Positions 12,820 through 26,960 of a stretch of 64,000 nt of DNA are shown here, one piece after another (positions within the stretch are counted from its first letter, which is position 1; each line of letters starts with the position of its first letter). Origin of the DNA: Octopus vulgaris. Lineage: Eukaryota. The stretch covers positions 106,764,001-106,828,000 of the forward strand of contig OX597815.1 of assembly GCA_951406725.2 (NCBI GenBank). The letters are read 5' to 3'. The notes beneath the pieces were generated by a model. It made no database searches. It saw only the letters and a list, made by a program, of their open reading frames with translations, and was not told where the DNA came from. The translations under genes and the position numbers were made by a program.

Positions 12820-13302
12820 CATAAATAATATACATAAACATGCATCCATATATGCAGATAGACACATGCACATATATGAGTGTGTCTGTGTTTGTTTACG
12901 TTTAGTTGTGTAAAAACCGGTCTTATGAAAAAAGAATTAAATAAGCCGTTCGATTAACATAATTCGATAAAATATGTACCATACTGAGATAGATACTGGA
13001 TTCAATATAATCGAATAAAAAGAAAAAACTGCTATAGTCAGTGCTTCAGCATGGCCGCATGCATGTAAATGAAACCAGTAAAACGTAAAACAATACGTCA
13101 AACACAAATTTAAACAAAACCTAAAAGTAACGCCATATAAAACATCGCTTGTGTGATATCAGTTTACATCTCCCAACTAAACTACTGTGGTGTCCTGACA
13201 TTTAAGTGGACTGTAGATGCGTGGGATTAAGTGTACTGCGCAAATACGTAGCGGAATATTTTCTGTTGATATCAACATATCAACCGAAAACATATCAAAA
13301 AA

Positions 13303-13364
<62 letters not shown>

Positions 13365-13530
13365 GTGAGGGATAGAGTGACAGAGAAAAAGGAAGAGCGA
13401 GAGTATGTAGTCATTCGATCTAGTAGAAACAGCAACAAAATGTCCATCAGACTTGTACTTTACCACCGCCCCACATAGAGTCGAATCAAACTATTAAATA
13501 TGTTGAGTGGCCTCTTCTTTCGTTTGTCCA

Positions 13531-13627
<97 letters not shown>

Positions 13628-13659
13628 GTATATATATATGTATATATATATATATATAT

Positions 13660-13855
13660 AATTTTGGGATTTGGTTTGCAAGATTCTTTATGTGAGTCCG
13701 TGTGTTGAAGCATATTCTGTTGTGTCTGGGGAGAGTCATTCACTTTTAGTGCCTTATAATTTAACACACTCACTGGTAAAGTTTCCACTTATTTCTTTTT
13801 TATTTTTCTAAAATTTTCGTTGTGTCTTGCAACCTTTTCAATAGTTTTGACTCTC
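13660..13855 (-). mobile_element. HHR-bearing PLE 3' terminus (U3-A8 core variant) ending in (TA)n
   Basis: Minus strand cta TTGAAAA ggttgcaagacacaac GAAA at TT tag, then ~145 nt tail and (TA)n. Confidence 0.7.
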
Positions 13856-13871
13856 ACGTCCGATTCGTATG

Positions 13872-13903
<32 letters not shown>

Positions 13904-14190
13904 TGTATGTATGTATGTATGTATGTATGTATGTATGTATGTATGTATGTATGTATATTTATATATATATATGAACGTACATAAAGTATATGGGTTTATA
14001 TGTTTGTGCGTTTGTTTATGTATGTTCAAACGAAATGGGAGAGAAATATTCAATACATATAGTAGATATTATTTATGCCTATATTCATTGGAAGATGGGT
14101 TTTCCTTCGTCATTAATAAGCACTTGCACACACACACACACACACGAGCTTCGAGTTACAAGAGGAATTTGTTAGACGTATGTATGTATG

Positions 14191-14224
<34 letters not shown>

Positions 14225-14277
14225 GAAATATGTTACAAAAAGAAAATAGAAACTACACGTGGTAATGTAAGGGGAAA

Positions 14278-14311
<34 letters not shown>

Positions 14312-14317
14312 AGGGCA

Positions 14318-14470
14318 AGGTAAAGATCCCTTTCGGTCATTAATGACCATCGGATTGCACCTAGAAATTTCCCCTCCGAGGCACAACATTGTTTATGGAA
14401 GACCAGTTGTCGCCCATGCATACCAGCCACTCCTTCCAAGCCAGAAATGTTATCCAAGGGAAAGGCTAAC
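14318..14470 (-). mobile_element. 3' part of a tRNA-SINE (family of 51572-51895)
   Basis: Reverse complement of gcctttcccttgga...atgcatgggc...ggaggggaaatttctaggtgcaatcc. Confidence 0.7.
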
Positions 14471-14758
14471 TTTAATGGCTCTTCGTCGGTTACGATGATG
14501 AGTCTTTCGCTTGATCAAATCAATAGAAAAGCCTGCTCGTGAAATTAACATGCAAGGGGCTGAGCATTTCACAGGCACAGATGTCAGTCCATACGGTGTT
14601 AATTCGGTCCTCAATCCTGGTCGCAGCTCTATCTGTCACCTCAGAATATAGTCTGTCATTGCTTAAACGTTCTAGTGCCAGTCTATTATATATTTCACAA
14701 GAAACAAAGAAAAGCCGCTGGAAAACCGATTATAGCAGCGACTCCATCAATTCCTAGG

Positions 14759-14797
14759 GATATCTGAAGAAGGAATTTTATTCCGAAATATCATATC
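14759..14797 (+). ncRNA. Minimal type I hammerhead motif, intact core
   Basis: gatat CTGAAGA a ggaat ttt attcc GAAA ta TC atatc: 5-bp stem I, 5-bp stem II, palindromic ATAT stem III, AUC site. About 90 nt tail then TA repeat. Confidence 0.75.
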
Positions 14798-15330
14798 AGA
14801 CTATGGATGATTAAATTACAATAGTTATTATAGTCCATTGTTTGTATTCTAGTGCATTTTTGTGTCATTCAAAATATTTTATTCTTTACATGTATATATA
14901 TATAATCTCTATTTCAGATTACATCTCCAGCGAGTTAACTTGGGATCCCTTCACGACAATGTAATCTACATTTAACTAAGGTATCTTCGGCCTGATAAGT
15001 AGGTAGTGTAGTACCTCTTCTTGAATAATCATTACTTCCGAAGTTCTGCCAGCAAGTAAACATATGTAACCTGGATTTTACCTACTCCATTCCCTCAATT
15101 TGGATTTATATTCGCATTCATAGCTAACCGTGAACTATAGAAAAAAAGGAAACTTTTTTCAGCTTATCGAACTTCGATATGGGAATAACTTACAATCTTC
15201 TACGCCGATAAACTTTTATTGTTCCTGAAAGTTCTTTTTTATACCTTCTACGGAATTGCACGCAGCGCACTAACTTCCTACACCTTGGATCTCATAATTA
15301 CATATCATTAGCATATATATATATATATAT

Positions 15331-15484
15331 GACCGGCTTTTTTCAGTTCCCGTCTACCTTATCCAATCGTAAGGCTTTAGTCGGCCCGAGGCTATAGTAG
15401 AAGACACTTGTCCAAGGTGCCTTGCAGTGGAACTGAATCCGGAACTATGTGGTTGGGAACCAAATTTCTTACCACACCGTCACT

Positions 15485-15486
<2 letters not shown>
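15331..15486 (-). mobile_element. CORE-type SINE head
   Basis: Matches 3198-3352 (tcggcccgaggctatagtagaagacacttgtccaaggtgcc). Confidence 0.8.
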
Positions 15487-15548
<62 letters not shown>

Positions 15549-15622
15549 AGGAACACACGAGTTGATATATATTAAAAAACAAGTAAAAAATAGAAAATGC
15601 TAAAATAATTTTATAGTGAACA

Positions 15623-15666
15623 TTTCAGTACCGGTTTCGGTCATTTTGAGACCTTTTCAACTGTAA
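15623..15666 (-). ncRNA. Minimal type I hammerhead of the PLE pLTR, U3-A8 covariant core
   Basis: Minus strand cag TTGAAAA ggtc tcaaaat gacc GAAA ccgg TA ctg, with palindromic ACCGGT stem III. Confidence 0.85.
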
Positions 15667-16383
15667 CGATTAAATAATTAAATTTAGAAAAATTAGAAGA
15701 AAAGTTTTTTTAAAAGAATATTTCTATAGTAGTGTTCAGATTTAAGTGGCATTCTGCCTTTCTCTGACTCCTTGTTTGCACTTGTGTGTTTGAGGTAGTT
15801 GTGAGTTCTTGGTAGGGTAGTAGAGGGAAGGCTGGTGAGGAAAGGGGTGGGAGAATCTGGGAGTGCCCTGATGGTCGTATTTTGAATGGTCAGTGGCGGC
15901 TGGCAGTCTCAGTTCAATTCAGGAGAATATTTATATTGACAGGCTTGTTTATAGAATTAGCGTAGGTGTTATACTAAAAAACATTAGTGACAAACTTAAG
16001 GGGTAGGGGGTGGAGAAGAAGAAGAAGAAGAAGAAGAAGGAGAAGGAGAAGATGATGGTGATGGTGGTAATGATTATGACGACGATGATGATGATAACGA
16101 TGATGATGAAGAAGAAGAAGAAGAAGAAGAAGAAGAAGAAGAAGAAGAAGAAGAAGAAGGAGGAGAAGGAGAAGATGGTGGTGATGATGGTGGTGATGAT
16201 GATGACGCCGATGATGATGATAACGATGATGATGAAGAAGAAGAAGAAGAAAAAAACAGAGAAGGGAGAATATGAATGGGTGTAAATATAGCTATGAAGG
16301 GGCTGATTAGTAATGGATTCTATGGAGTGTAGTATTTGTGTGTGTATATATATTTTTTTCTTTTATTCTAAAGTTGAGGTATA

Positions 16384-17010
16384 TTAATTGTTTGTCGTAG
16401 ACCCGTTAAGAAGTGGCTTGTATTTTGTAATAAAGAGATTTTCTTTACTTATTCTTTGTCTCGAGGTTGTATCGTCCCTAAATTGGTAGAGGGGGAAAAT
16501 TCTGAAGTTTGGTGTTTTTTTGTTGGCGCAAGTATCTATGTGTTGGCTAAAAGCTATTTTTCTGTTTTGGGGAATTTTTATCTGGGATCTGTGCAGGGCC
16601 ATTCGTTTACGCAAACCATTTTTTGTTTGGCCTATGTACTGCTCTTGACACCCGGAGCAGGTTAGTGAGTATATTAGGTTCTCCGAAGCACATGTGAAGT
16701 TGCTTTTCACTGTAAACCGTTGTCCCTGTTTGAAGGAGAACTCAGAACCCTCGATTAGATAGTCGCATATCCCGCAATTGGGTCTTCCACATTTTTTTAC
16801 TGTCGGCTTCTGTGTTGAAGAGTGAATTCGGGCTTGTGTAAGGAGACTTTTCATGGATCTAGGCTGTCTTTTGCTTTTTATGATCGTGTGTGTTTGGAGG
16901 ATTGTGTTCATTCTGTGGTCTTTTTTTAGGAGGGGTATGTTGTGGAGGATGGTGTCGAAGGCTTCGTTATTGAGAGGGTTGTGTGTGGAGATGTATGGTA
17001 AGGCTTTTGG
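16384..17010 (-). pseudogene. PLE linker + GIY-YIG endonuclease, separated from the RT by one frameshift near 17005-17025
   Basis: KALPYISTHNP...KRQPRSMKSLL...KKCGRPNCGIC (Neptune-type Cys linker), NLIYSLTCSGCQEQYIGQT, RMALH, HIDTC, KE...PLLN*. Confidence 0.92.
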
Positions 17011-18043
17011 TTGTAAGTTTTCTTTGATTTGGGATGTCTCAGTTCCTTGATGTTAAGTTGAAGGGCACGTTGAATGCACTTGTCAATAAGTGAAGGTGGA
17101 TAGTTCCTGGTGATTAGGGTATCTTTTAGTTCTTGTAGTCGTGTGTCTCTGGTGTTTGCGTTAGAGACTATAGTGCATATCCTTTTTGCTAGATTGAAGG
17201 GGATATTCATCCTGGTGTGTCTGGGGTGGCATGAATTGAATGGAAGATATTGCTTAGAGTCTGTAGGCTTATAGTATATGTCTGTTTCTATTATATTATT
17301 AGCTTTCTTAATGAGGATATCGAGGAAGGGGAGTTGTTGTTGGCTATATTCCATCGTGAATTGGATGTTTACGTCCAGTCCGTTTAAAATTTTCTGGAAT
17401 TCTATGAGTTTTTCTATATTTTTATGCCAAAGGATGAAACAGTCATCTAGATATCTCTTCCAGTTGTTTTCTATGTAGATGGAGAAAGGGCTGCCATATC
17501 TTTCTAGAACCTTACGATACAGACTGATCTCTAGGTATCCTATGACTAGGTTGGCAAAGGAGGGGGCCATTCGTGTACCCATCGCAGTCCCCGATTTTTG
17601 TCGGTAGAAGTTGTCATTGAAGGCGAAGAAGTTATTTTCCAGGATGAATTTAACCCCTTCTATCACAAATTCTTTTTTGATGCGGTGTGGTAGTTCGTTG
17701 GCGTGATTCTCTAGCCAGAATTGGATTGCCTCTAGTCCTAGGTTGTGGGGGATATTGGAGTAGAGGTTGACTACATCGAAGGATACCAGTATGGTGTTTT
17801 TGTTTATAGTATTCGGTAGGTGATTGAGCATATCTAAGTCGTCTCTTATATAGCTTTTGACATGTTTGAGGAGTGGTTTTAACAGGGTGTCTAAAAAGTT
17901 ACTGAGGCGGTGGGTTTCGCATGCGGGACCTGCTATTATGGGTCTCAATTTGAGGTCATTAGGATTAGGGACTTTAATTATTTTGTCTGTAGCTATCTTG
18001 CATGCGTTGCTTATTTTTTCACTTTTGTGGATCTTAGGTATAC
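17010..18043 (-). pseudogene. PLE reverse transcriptase (5'-truncated)
   Basis: IPKIHK, LRPII, SFDVVNLYSNIP, GTAMGTRMAPSFANL, RYLDDCF, LPFLD, YYKPTD, SCHP. Confidence 0.95.
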
Positions 18044-18124
18044 TCTAACAACATACCAAATGAAACACCACATAATACCACAATGGAACAAATCACTCAG
18101 AGATAGAAAGTTCGCCTTCTGGAC

Positions 18125-18800
18125 TGTCTATTTGTTTAAGTTGGTGAATGCTGCCATAATCCTTGCCTTCAATTCATCTTTGGTGTTACAAGGAGTTTTG
18201 TTGGTCTCTCGCTCAACTGCGACCCACACATAATAATCAAGGGGGTTGCAGTCTGGGGAGTTAAGTGGTTAGATGTGAGGAGTAATGTGGTCGCAGAAAT
18301 TGTCTGACATTCCTGATTGAGTTCTCCTGCTTGTGTGGCATGGTGCAGAGTCCTGTTGCCGGACATAGTGTTCCAGCTGCCAACTTCTTGACCCAGGGCA
18401 GCACTACCTCCTCCAGTCACTTGATTTCGTGTGTTGAGTGTGTGGCTGTGTGGGAAGATGAAAAGAGACATAACGTCGTCATCCCTAGTGATCACTTCAA
18501 ACACTATGATGTCGACTGGATGTTTGATATATATCACTCTCGGTACATGTTTTGGGGACACGGCAAGTCAGCGCTTGTTCTGTATGTTCACCATCTGTTC
18601 GTATTGGAGCTCCCGGCGCGAATGCCAAGCAGTACAGCATGTCGCTTCCAAATTTCTGTCAGAGCTAACTGCGTCATGGTACTGTTTTCTCACAGACTGT
18701 GCCTAACTGACCCTACTATACTATGTAGTCCACAAAATCAAAAACAAACAATGCGCATGCGTGAAATTAGAAATATAAAATGGCGACAATTTACCCATCG

Positions 18801-18805
<5 letters not shown>
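18125..18805 (-). mobile_element. Tc1/mariner (maT/DD37D-like) transposase remnant with one terminal region
   Basis: Minus-strand translation gives QDSAPCHTSRRTQ...PLNSPDCNPLDYYVW...TKDELKARIMAAF, with stops and deletions. Confidence 0.8.
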
Positions 18806-18852
<47 letters not shown>

Positions 18853-18875
18853 GTATATATATATATATATATATT

Positions 18876-19053
18876 CGTACGAACTAACCCAGAAATCGGT
18901 CCGATATGGTAATAATGGAATTTTTTAGAAATTTCAGTCGGCTTTTTTTCGAGTAGCATACCTATTGTGAAAAATTATATGGTAATGGACAATATGTCCA
19001 ATTTTCGGCATATTTGGCATTAGAAATTTTTTCGTTTGCCCTTATTTATAAGT
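18876..19053 (+). mobile_element. HHR 3' half + PLE-like tail between (TA)n runs
   Basis: GAAA tcgg TC (a variant of ACCGGT) at ~18891-18901, then ~150 nt tail and (TA)n. The CUGANGA half is absent. Confidence 0.45.
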
Positions 19054-19298
19054 TATATATATATATATATATATATATACACAAACACACACTCACACAC
19101 ACATATGTATGCATATATATATGTATATACTATTATAGCATCTGTAAAAAGCGACTATTTTTCTCAATATGAAAATATACCATCATAATGTGAATGGAAG
19201 GCTACGATATAGACAGTGACATTGGCTTAAATGCATAGCGATAGACAGTTAAGCTGATGATAGAAGTAAGGAGAAAGAAAAAGAGACATACACGCATA

Positions 19299-19380
<82 letters not shown>

Positions 19381-19652
19381 AGAGAAAGAGGGAGGGAATG
19401 AGAACGGGAAGCATATATGTCAATGTGTAGGTGTAAGGTCCATTAGTAAAGTGAACTCTATTGCATAATTACGAACTCTTTCACGACACTTGAATTATCA
19501 GTAAATGTATCTGTCTCAATATATACTTGTGTAGTTCTTAGTAAGTATAATTGTAATAGTGGGCAAGTGATAATTTGTTAGTCTCCTAAACTAGATACTG
19601 AAACAAAGAATGTCAGTTTCACTTTCTAACACAATTCGTTTAGTGAAATCTT

Positions 19653-19704
<52 letters not shown>

Positions 19705-19757
19705 GCGCGCACACACACATACACACACACACACATGTATAATAAAATTATATATTA

Positions 19758-19895
19758 CTTCGTTTTTGTATCTGCTTTGCAAGATTCTTTATGTGAATTT
19801 GTGTGTTGAAACAAATTTTGCTGTGTCTAGGGAGAATCATGAGAAAAGTCATTGAAAAGGTCACAAGTGGCAACAAAAGAGCTTTGACAAACCAA
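19758..19895. mobile_element. Tail (-) + inverted HHR (+) module, family of 13660-13855
   Basis: ttgcaagattctttatgtgaatttgtgtgttgaa...gtctagggagaatcat then, on the plus strand, TTGAAAA ggtcacaagtggcaac aaaa. Confidence 0.6.
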
Positions 19896-20144
19896 AACGA
19901 AATAAATTACTTACTGTTCAACTAAATTAAACAAATAATCGATTAGCTAGTTGGATATTTAATCAATTGACTAATAATAAAGGTGCGGAATTGAAACGGT
20001 GCGTGTGTTAATAATATTGGCATAATGACTATCTCTAGACACAACATAATTATATATTACTTAATGTAATATAATATAATTTTATTTAATTATATATAAT
20101 ATAGTATAATGTAATATAATATAATTATATTTAAACATATATAA

Positions 20145-20662
20145 TCTATATATAGAAAACTGTAGTTGTGTGAGTGTCTGTCTCCTACGATTTAGATTCC
20201 TAACTCCTCCCACATTTTGCGGTGCAGTTTAACCAAATTCGGGTATCTTATAGTCGTGATTAATATCGAGCCCGTCTGGCTATTAGCGCGCGTCTACGAT
20301 GAGTCTACGATTTTAAAAATAATTTAACATCATTTTTTTATTCCATTTTAATGCATTATTTTTCGTGTGTCGATGGCGGCGGAGTTGGCGTCCACGCTCA
20401 AACACCTGCACCTGTGTTTGCTTCTCCCCCTTCTTCCCTCCCTCGTGAAGCTGTGGGGAAGGGAGTTTAAGGAAAGCAACGTCGTAATGCGTTGTCAAGG
20501 AGACCAGCGTTCTTTTAGAACAACGACTTCATGGCTTGAAGACACCAAAACAGAAATGGCTAAGAAAGCCCGAATTGGCATCTATAAAGGAAGTAACTCT
20601 CTAAAAATGCTTATATAGTTATTTCCCTTACAAACCCGAGCAACGCCGGGCGATACTGCTAG
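20145..20662 (+). mobile_element. Non-autonomous Helitron
   Basis: A|TCTATATATAGAAAACTG start, subterminal hairpin cccg-agcaacgc-cggg, CTAG|T end. Inserted in an (ATATA)n tract. Confidence 0.88.
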
Positions 20663-21456
20663 TATATTATAATATAATATAATATAATATAATATAATAT
20701 AATATAATATAACATATAATAATATATATGTTACTACTTTTTAGCCAACTGGAAAAATATATAGTAACATCGTCCTGCGTAGGACTATATTATCCGAAAT
20801 GTATAGTATTAAATATCCATCATGACTGATCCTATCAATCGGTTTCGCACAATGAATACAATGGAGTGTTCGCTAACAATCCGATTATATAACTTTACGC
20901 CCATCAGAGTTAGCCGATATGGAAGGGAATATGGTGACTGCTCTCTATTGTCGGATGTGGATTAGCACAACCGGCAAGCGGCTGCCGTGAAAAAGGTGGT
21001 GAAATGAAAAAGAGCCAGAGGATTAGGTTAAGAGTTATGTTCCCTGGTTGGGTATGCTGTGAAGCCGGCAAGAGTTATCTTGAAGTGGGGAAAGTATGTA
21101 TTATTAATGTGGTGCTCCTGTGGGGATGTGATGTGTGGTATGTGTAGCGATGTCATATGTATAATTTTTTCCGATGATATAGGTATATATAGCTGTGTTC
21201 ATCGCTCTGTTTTCTTTATGTAAAGGATAAAGTCGTGGGGCTAATGATTTTGGAATATCTTGAAGCACATACATGAAGCTCTAAGTAACAGCATGTAAAT
21301 ACAGGGTTGAGAAGCTCTTTTTTGTATAGAAAATGCCGAAGTGTGCACGTGTGTTTGTGCAATTATGTCTATATTTGTATCGTGCATGTATGTCTATATT
21401 TGTATCGTTAAAGATGTATGTGTGTGTAATATAAACCAACCAACAAAATGTGCTTA

Positions 21457-21524
<68 letters not shown>

Positions 21525-22039
21525 CTGTCTGTCTGCCTGCCTGTCTGCCTGTCTGTCTGTCTGTCTAAGGAATAGATCTTGTTTTAGACATGTATTGAAA
21601 ACTCAACAGCGTTTTAGTTTTATGTTTTTAGTCATACTTTTGCATGAATTGCTTACAGTTTATTTAAACATATACATTTCTCAAACACCTCATCAACGTT
21701 CCTGGAATGATGTTTTGTTTGGCCCTTCGTGTTAGATATAGCTAATGTGGTGAGCGTAGGCCTTACCACTGGAAGCAATATTCACAATACAGCAGAATAT
21801 TAAAATAAGCTTACAGATATATGTATTCGTCACAGACAAAAATAATCGCCTGATTAGTATCGTATTTGCTGAAAGTAATCAAAGGATTACGATTCAAATT
21901 TTCATCTCTTCGTAAATCAAAACATTAGGATCAATCTGATCTGTTTTTAGTTTTGTGAAACCTTCAATAGACAAAGAATAATCATCCTCTGTCCACGAAG
22001 AATGTGGTAACTTGTAGACATTTATAGTGTATACAGTCA

Positions 22040-22185
22040 TAGATGCAAGCGTGGCTGCATGGTAAGAAGTTTGCTTCCCAACCACACGGTTCCGGATTCA
22101 GACCCACTGCAACAAAAGCCCCCGGGCCAACAGAAGCCTTATGAGTGAAATTGGTTGACGGAATATAAAAGAAACCAGTTTTTGT
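22040..22185 (+). mobile_element. Decayed CORE-type SINE head
   Basis: gcgtggctgcatggtaagaagtttgcttcccaaccacacggttccggattcagacccactgc. Confidence 0.7.
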
Positions 22186-22732
22186 ATGTATATCGTTTTT
22201 GGGGTTGTGTAATTTGTTTGAGAGAATACGTACCTGACTTTAAAAAAGTGCTACAATCAGTTTGCTCTTCGAAACATAGATATCGCTAAATTGGTTTGTC
22301 TAATTTGCATAGTTAGTGCATAAGATGACAACTTCAATAACATTTAATACTGTATTAGAGTATTTTGGAAATTTTCAAATGATGCTACAACGATCTTTCT
22401 TGACAGTCGCTCAAAAGGTCCCTGAATAAGAGTTGCTTAAGGATGATGAAATTCAAAGGGTGATTTACTCAAATTCCAAAGAACCCCTCTCAACACATGA
22501 CTATGATGCCCTCCCACTATTCCTGCTCGTGATCAGAGATGTACATATCGTCAGCCACTAAGGGGACATGCTCAACTGGTTATGGTCAAGCAACTGATAA
22601 GTAAATCTGCGATATTGAGAAGAATATTTTCTGTAGCCCATCTTTTACACCAATGTAAATCATGTACATGATAACACTTCCAATCAGTTAAGATCAGAAG
22701 CCATGGGAGCCACTGTCTGGCATTGATATTAA

Positions 22733-22935
22733 GGCGGCGAGGTGGCAGAAGCGTTAGCACGCTGGGCGAAATGCTTAGCGGTATTTCACCCGTTGCTACG
22801 TTCTGAGCTCAAATTCCACCGAGGTCGACTTTGCCTTTCATCCTTTCGGGATCGATAAATTAAGTACCAGTTGAGTACTGGGGACAATGTGATCGACTGT
22901 GTGTGTCCCTTCCCCCAAATCCAGGCCTTGTGCTT

Positions 22936-22940
<5 letters not shown>
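22733..22940 (+). mobile_element. Meta-domain-like tRNA-SINE with an alternative tail ending in (TTA)n
   Basis: Head and body match 8882. The tail is cccttcccccaaatccaggccttgtgc followed by (TTA)n. Confidence 0.85.
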
Positions 22941-23019
<79 letters not shown>

Positions 23020-23097
23020 TTGTTATTATTATTATAACTACAATAATAATAATAATAATAATTACTAGTAGTAGTAGTGGTGGTAGTGGTGGTGGTG

Positions 23098-23172
<75 letters not shown>

Positions 23173-23482
23173 ATTGATGTTGTTGTTCTCCAGCACTAGA
23201 TCTACTCGATCGGGTCTGATCGAACAAGAGTGTTTAAACAGTGAGCTGGACCACACACAAGGACCATGTTTTTTTTTGTTTTGGTCCTTTGTTGTGAAAT
23301 GCTTGTTGTTATTGTTGTTATCTAGCCTTAAGCTTCATTTGAGCGGATATTTTACTTATAATCGAAAGCAATCCAGTCATTACCATACCACTTTTTTTTT
23401 TAACAGACAACTATGGACTCCTTTGGTTCTTATTTCACTCTATTGGTCTCCAATAGGCATTTGATGTTTAAAAATTCCAGGC

Positions 23483-23930
<448 letters not shown>

Positions 23931-24745
23931 ATGAATATTTTCATTATTAAATTAGGAATTGTATTTAAAAAATATTGTTTGAATATTTGGTGTAATCTAG
24001 ATGTATAAAATAATTTATAGCTCACAAAATTTAACATAAAATCTTAGATGGGTCCTCAAGGGCCATATAGACCCCTGTTGAGAACCCCGGCATTTTCCGA
24101 TGTATCTTCTCCCCAACATCCAGAATGATCGAATGTTATTTGAAAGAAATTTTGCAGCTATATCGAGCAGGTCGAGCTGCCACGTACACGCTTCTTCACT
24201 GGATAGCTGGATATGTGTTATGTTGTGTTTATATGATGAGGTGATGATGACGTATGTATAGATACATTAAAACCAGTGGCTGGCTGACATATTCCTTCTA
24301 TCAGCTTCTATCCACCTGTCTCTTTAAATATATCCGATACTGACGTAGCACATCTTATGTAGAGATGATGTAATGGGAGTTCCCCCTTTACTGAACACAC
24401 ACGCAAAATACCTCATACCCAGATATCAGTCTTAACACGTTCACACGTACACACATGCATACATATGCACACACACACACACACGTACATATTACAGTTG
24501 GCACATAGCGCATAACACATAAACAAGAAGTAAAAAGCAAACGTAAAACAATTTTTATGCAGAGTGGGTGGGGAAGTGACGAAACTGACCACAATGACGA
24601 TGATGAAAATGATGATGATGATGATGAAGAGGATGACTATGATGGCGGTGGCAGTAGTTGATGGGGACGGTGGGGATGGTGGGGGGTTGACGGTTGCCAT
24701 GGTGATCATAGCTAATATGATAATTCAGAACCACGACGGTGTTAG

Positions 24746-24779
<34 letters not shown>

Positions 24780-25326
24780 AAGGGGGTGCCGGTGGTGGTG
24801 ATGGTGGTTGCCATGATAATCTTAGAAAATATGACAATTCACAACCATGATGATGATGCTGATGCTGCCACTGCTGGTGTTGTTGGTGGCGGCGTTGATG
24901 GTGGTGGTTGTCATGATAATCATTGACAATATGACAGTTCAGAACTATGATGATGATGATGATATTGATTATAATAATGACGATGAGAAAGTGATTGTGG
25001 TAGTGTTTGTTTGCTAATGGCTATTACGTAGGTGAAATTTTGCATAAGAAAACAGATGTCATCCTGTGGCGGGCGAAAGATTAATGTACGAAGGCTGCAA
25101 AAATCGGAATAAGCGTGTGGAGGGAGGCGCAGAAAGAGAGAGAAAGAGAAAGAGAGAAGGATAGAGAGACAGAGAGAGGATAGGGAGAATGGTAAGTAAA
25201 GAAAAAAGAATGAATGGAAAAATCAGTTCGAAAGAAAGAGAGATGAACAGTGAGAAAAATAATATGTGTGCGCGCATGTGTACGTGTGTGTGTGTGTGTG
25301 TGTGTGCGACCGCTGCAGTAATATAC

Positions 25327-25357
<31 letters not shown>

Positions 25358-25411
25358 GGAAATCACCTGGTCAAATAAATGTGTTCAATTCCTCAAACTC
25401 CCGACTTTCTG

Positions 25412-25459
<48 letters not shown>

Positions 25460-25460
25460 C

Positions 25461-25555
<95 letters not shown>

Positions 25556-25658
25556 TGTGTGTGTGTGTATGTATATATATATGTATATATATATATATTC
25601 ATATACATATATATATATATGTGTATATATATGTATATATATTCATATACATACATAC

Positions 25659-25699
<41 letters not shown>

Positions 25700-25976
25700 A
25701 ATACACACACACATATAGCCAGTGGTTCCCAACCCAGGTCCATATGGTCCTTGGTGGTGGGAGATATAAGATTTTGTTGTTAAAATTTATCTGCAATAAA
25801 TTCGTTATATTTCTACAATGCACAATATATATTTTACGATGTTCTTTTCATAAAATTCCTAATAACATTTAATTGCAAAAATACATGACTTTTTTAAAAA
25901 AAAAAAAAAAGAGTGGCTATGGGGGTATATCCGAATAAAATAAGAATAAAAATGGGTCCACACGCACTCACGCACT

Positions 25977-26064
<88 letters not shown>

Positions 26065-26575
26065 TATGCAAACCTATATTAACAGAGAAAGAGAGAAAGA
26101 GAGAGAGAAAGAGAAAGGGAGACAGAGAGAGGAAGAGAGAGAGAGAGAGAGAGGAGAGAGAGTGCGTGTGTGTATTGTTTTGAGAAGGGAGGAATATATT
26201 TTTGCATCTAGTTACACGTTAATACATAGATACTCGCACATACACAGGCAAACGCACACGCGCGCGCACACACACAGACATACACACTCACACACAATAC
26301 ACACACGCACGCACGCACACTAACTTGTCAACCGCGTACTTTTTTTTTCTTACACTTTTATTACTTTCAGTAAACGGGCTGACGCCATGCGGGGGTCAAC
26401 GTCATGAAGGCTTTTCAAAATTATTTTTGTTTTAATTGATCATATGGACTCGAACAATTATTTCTACCTGCTGATTTATTTTATCGATCTGAATCCCTAA
26501 TTTACGGGATATAAAGAGCTACAAACATAAACAACATCAGTTTTTAGGCTTTAAATATATACCTAAACACACACA

Positions 26576-26620
<45 letters not shown>

Positions 26621-26895
26621 CTTCTCTCTTTGTCTCTTTCTCACTCTCATATAAGGTCAGTGTTATGTATTCAACACATATTTAGTATATATATTCCAAA
26701 TTTCTAAATACATACCACTACGCAGACAACACACATTATACATACATTACGAATGTATATAGTCATTGTAACTGTCACGCACAAACATACTTGAGTATAG
26801 ACATATACATACATGTCTATACTCAAGTATAGACATGCATATATATAAACACACACGCACACACATATATGTATATAATATAAATAATTAATATA

Positions 26896-26954
<59 letters not shown>

Positions 26955-26960
26955 GCATAT

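Larger units (their letters stand above)
12195..14180. repeat. Old inverted duplication, arms 12195-12545 and 13975-14180
   Basis: cttgtaactcgaagctc...gcaagtgctaataaatgacgaaggaaaaccccatcttc versus gaagatgggttttccttcgtcattaataagcacttgc...gagcttcgagttacaag. Homology resumes after the insert at 12311-12441. Confidence 0.8.
15545..18045 (-). mobile_element. 5'-truncated Penelope-like retroelement, Neptune-type (RT + GIY-YIG + 3' UTR + HHR + tail into (TA)n)
   Basis: See the RT, EN and HHR entries. The 3' end abuts (TA)n at 15487-15544. Confidence 0.93.

Noticed and set aside
14905-14990. Possible exon (ttctctatttcag-like acceptor ... aag|gtatct)
   Set aside because: Stop codons in all three frames.
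18331-18912. 193-aa plus-strand ORF
   Set aside because: It is the antisense of the mariner remnant running into (TA)n.
20835-21300. Possible old PLE end with HHR (minus strand gtgc GAAA ccga TT gat)
   Set aside because: Core box too decayed and no clear EN motif; left uncalled.
21894-22035. INVYKLP motif resembling a LINE endonuclease or a host exon
   Set aside because: Too short, with no supporting motifs or splice sites.
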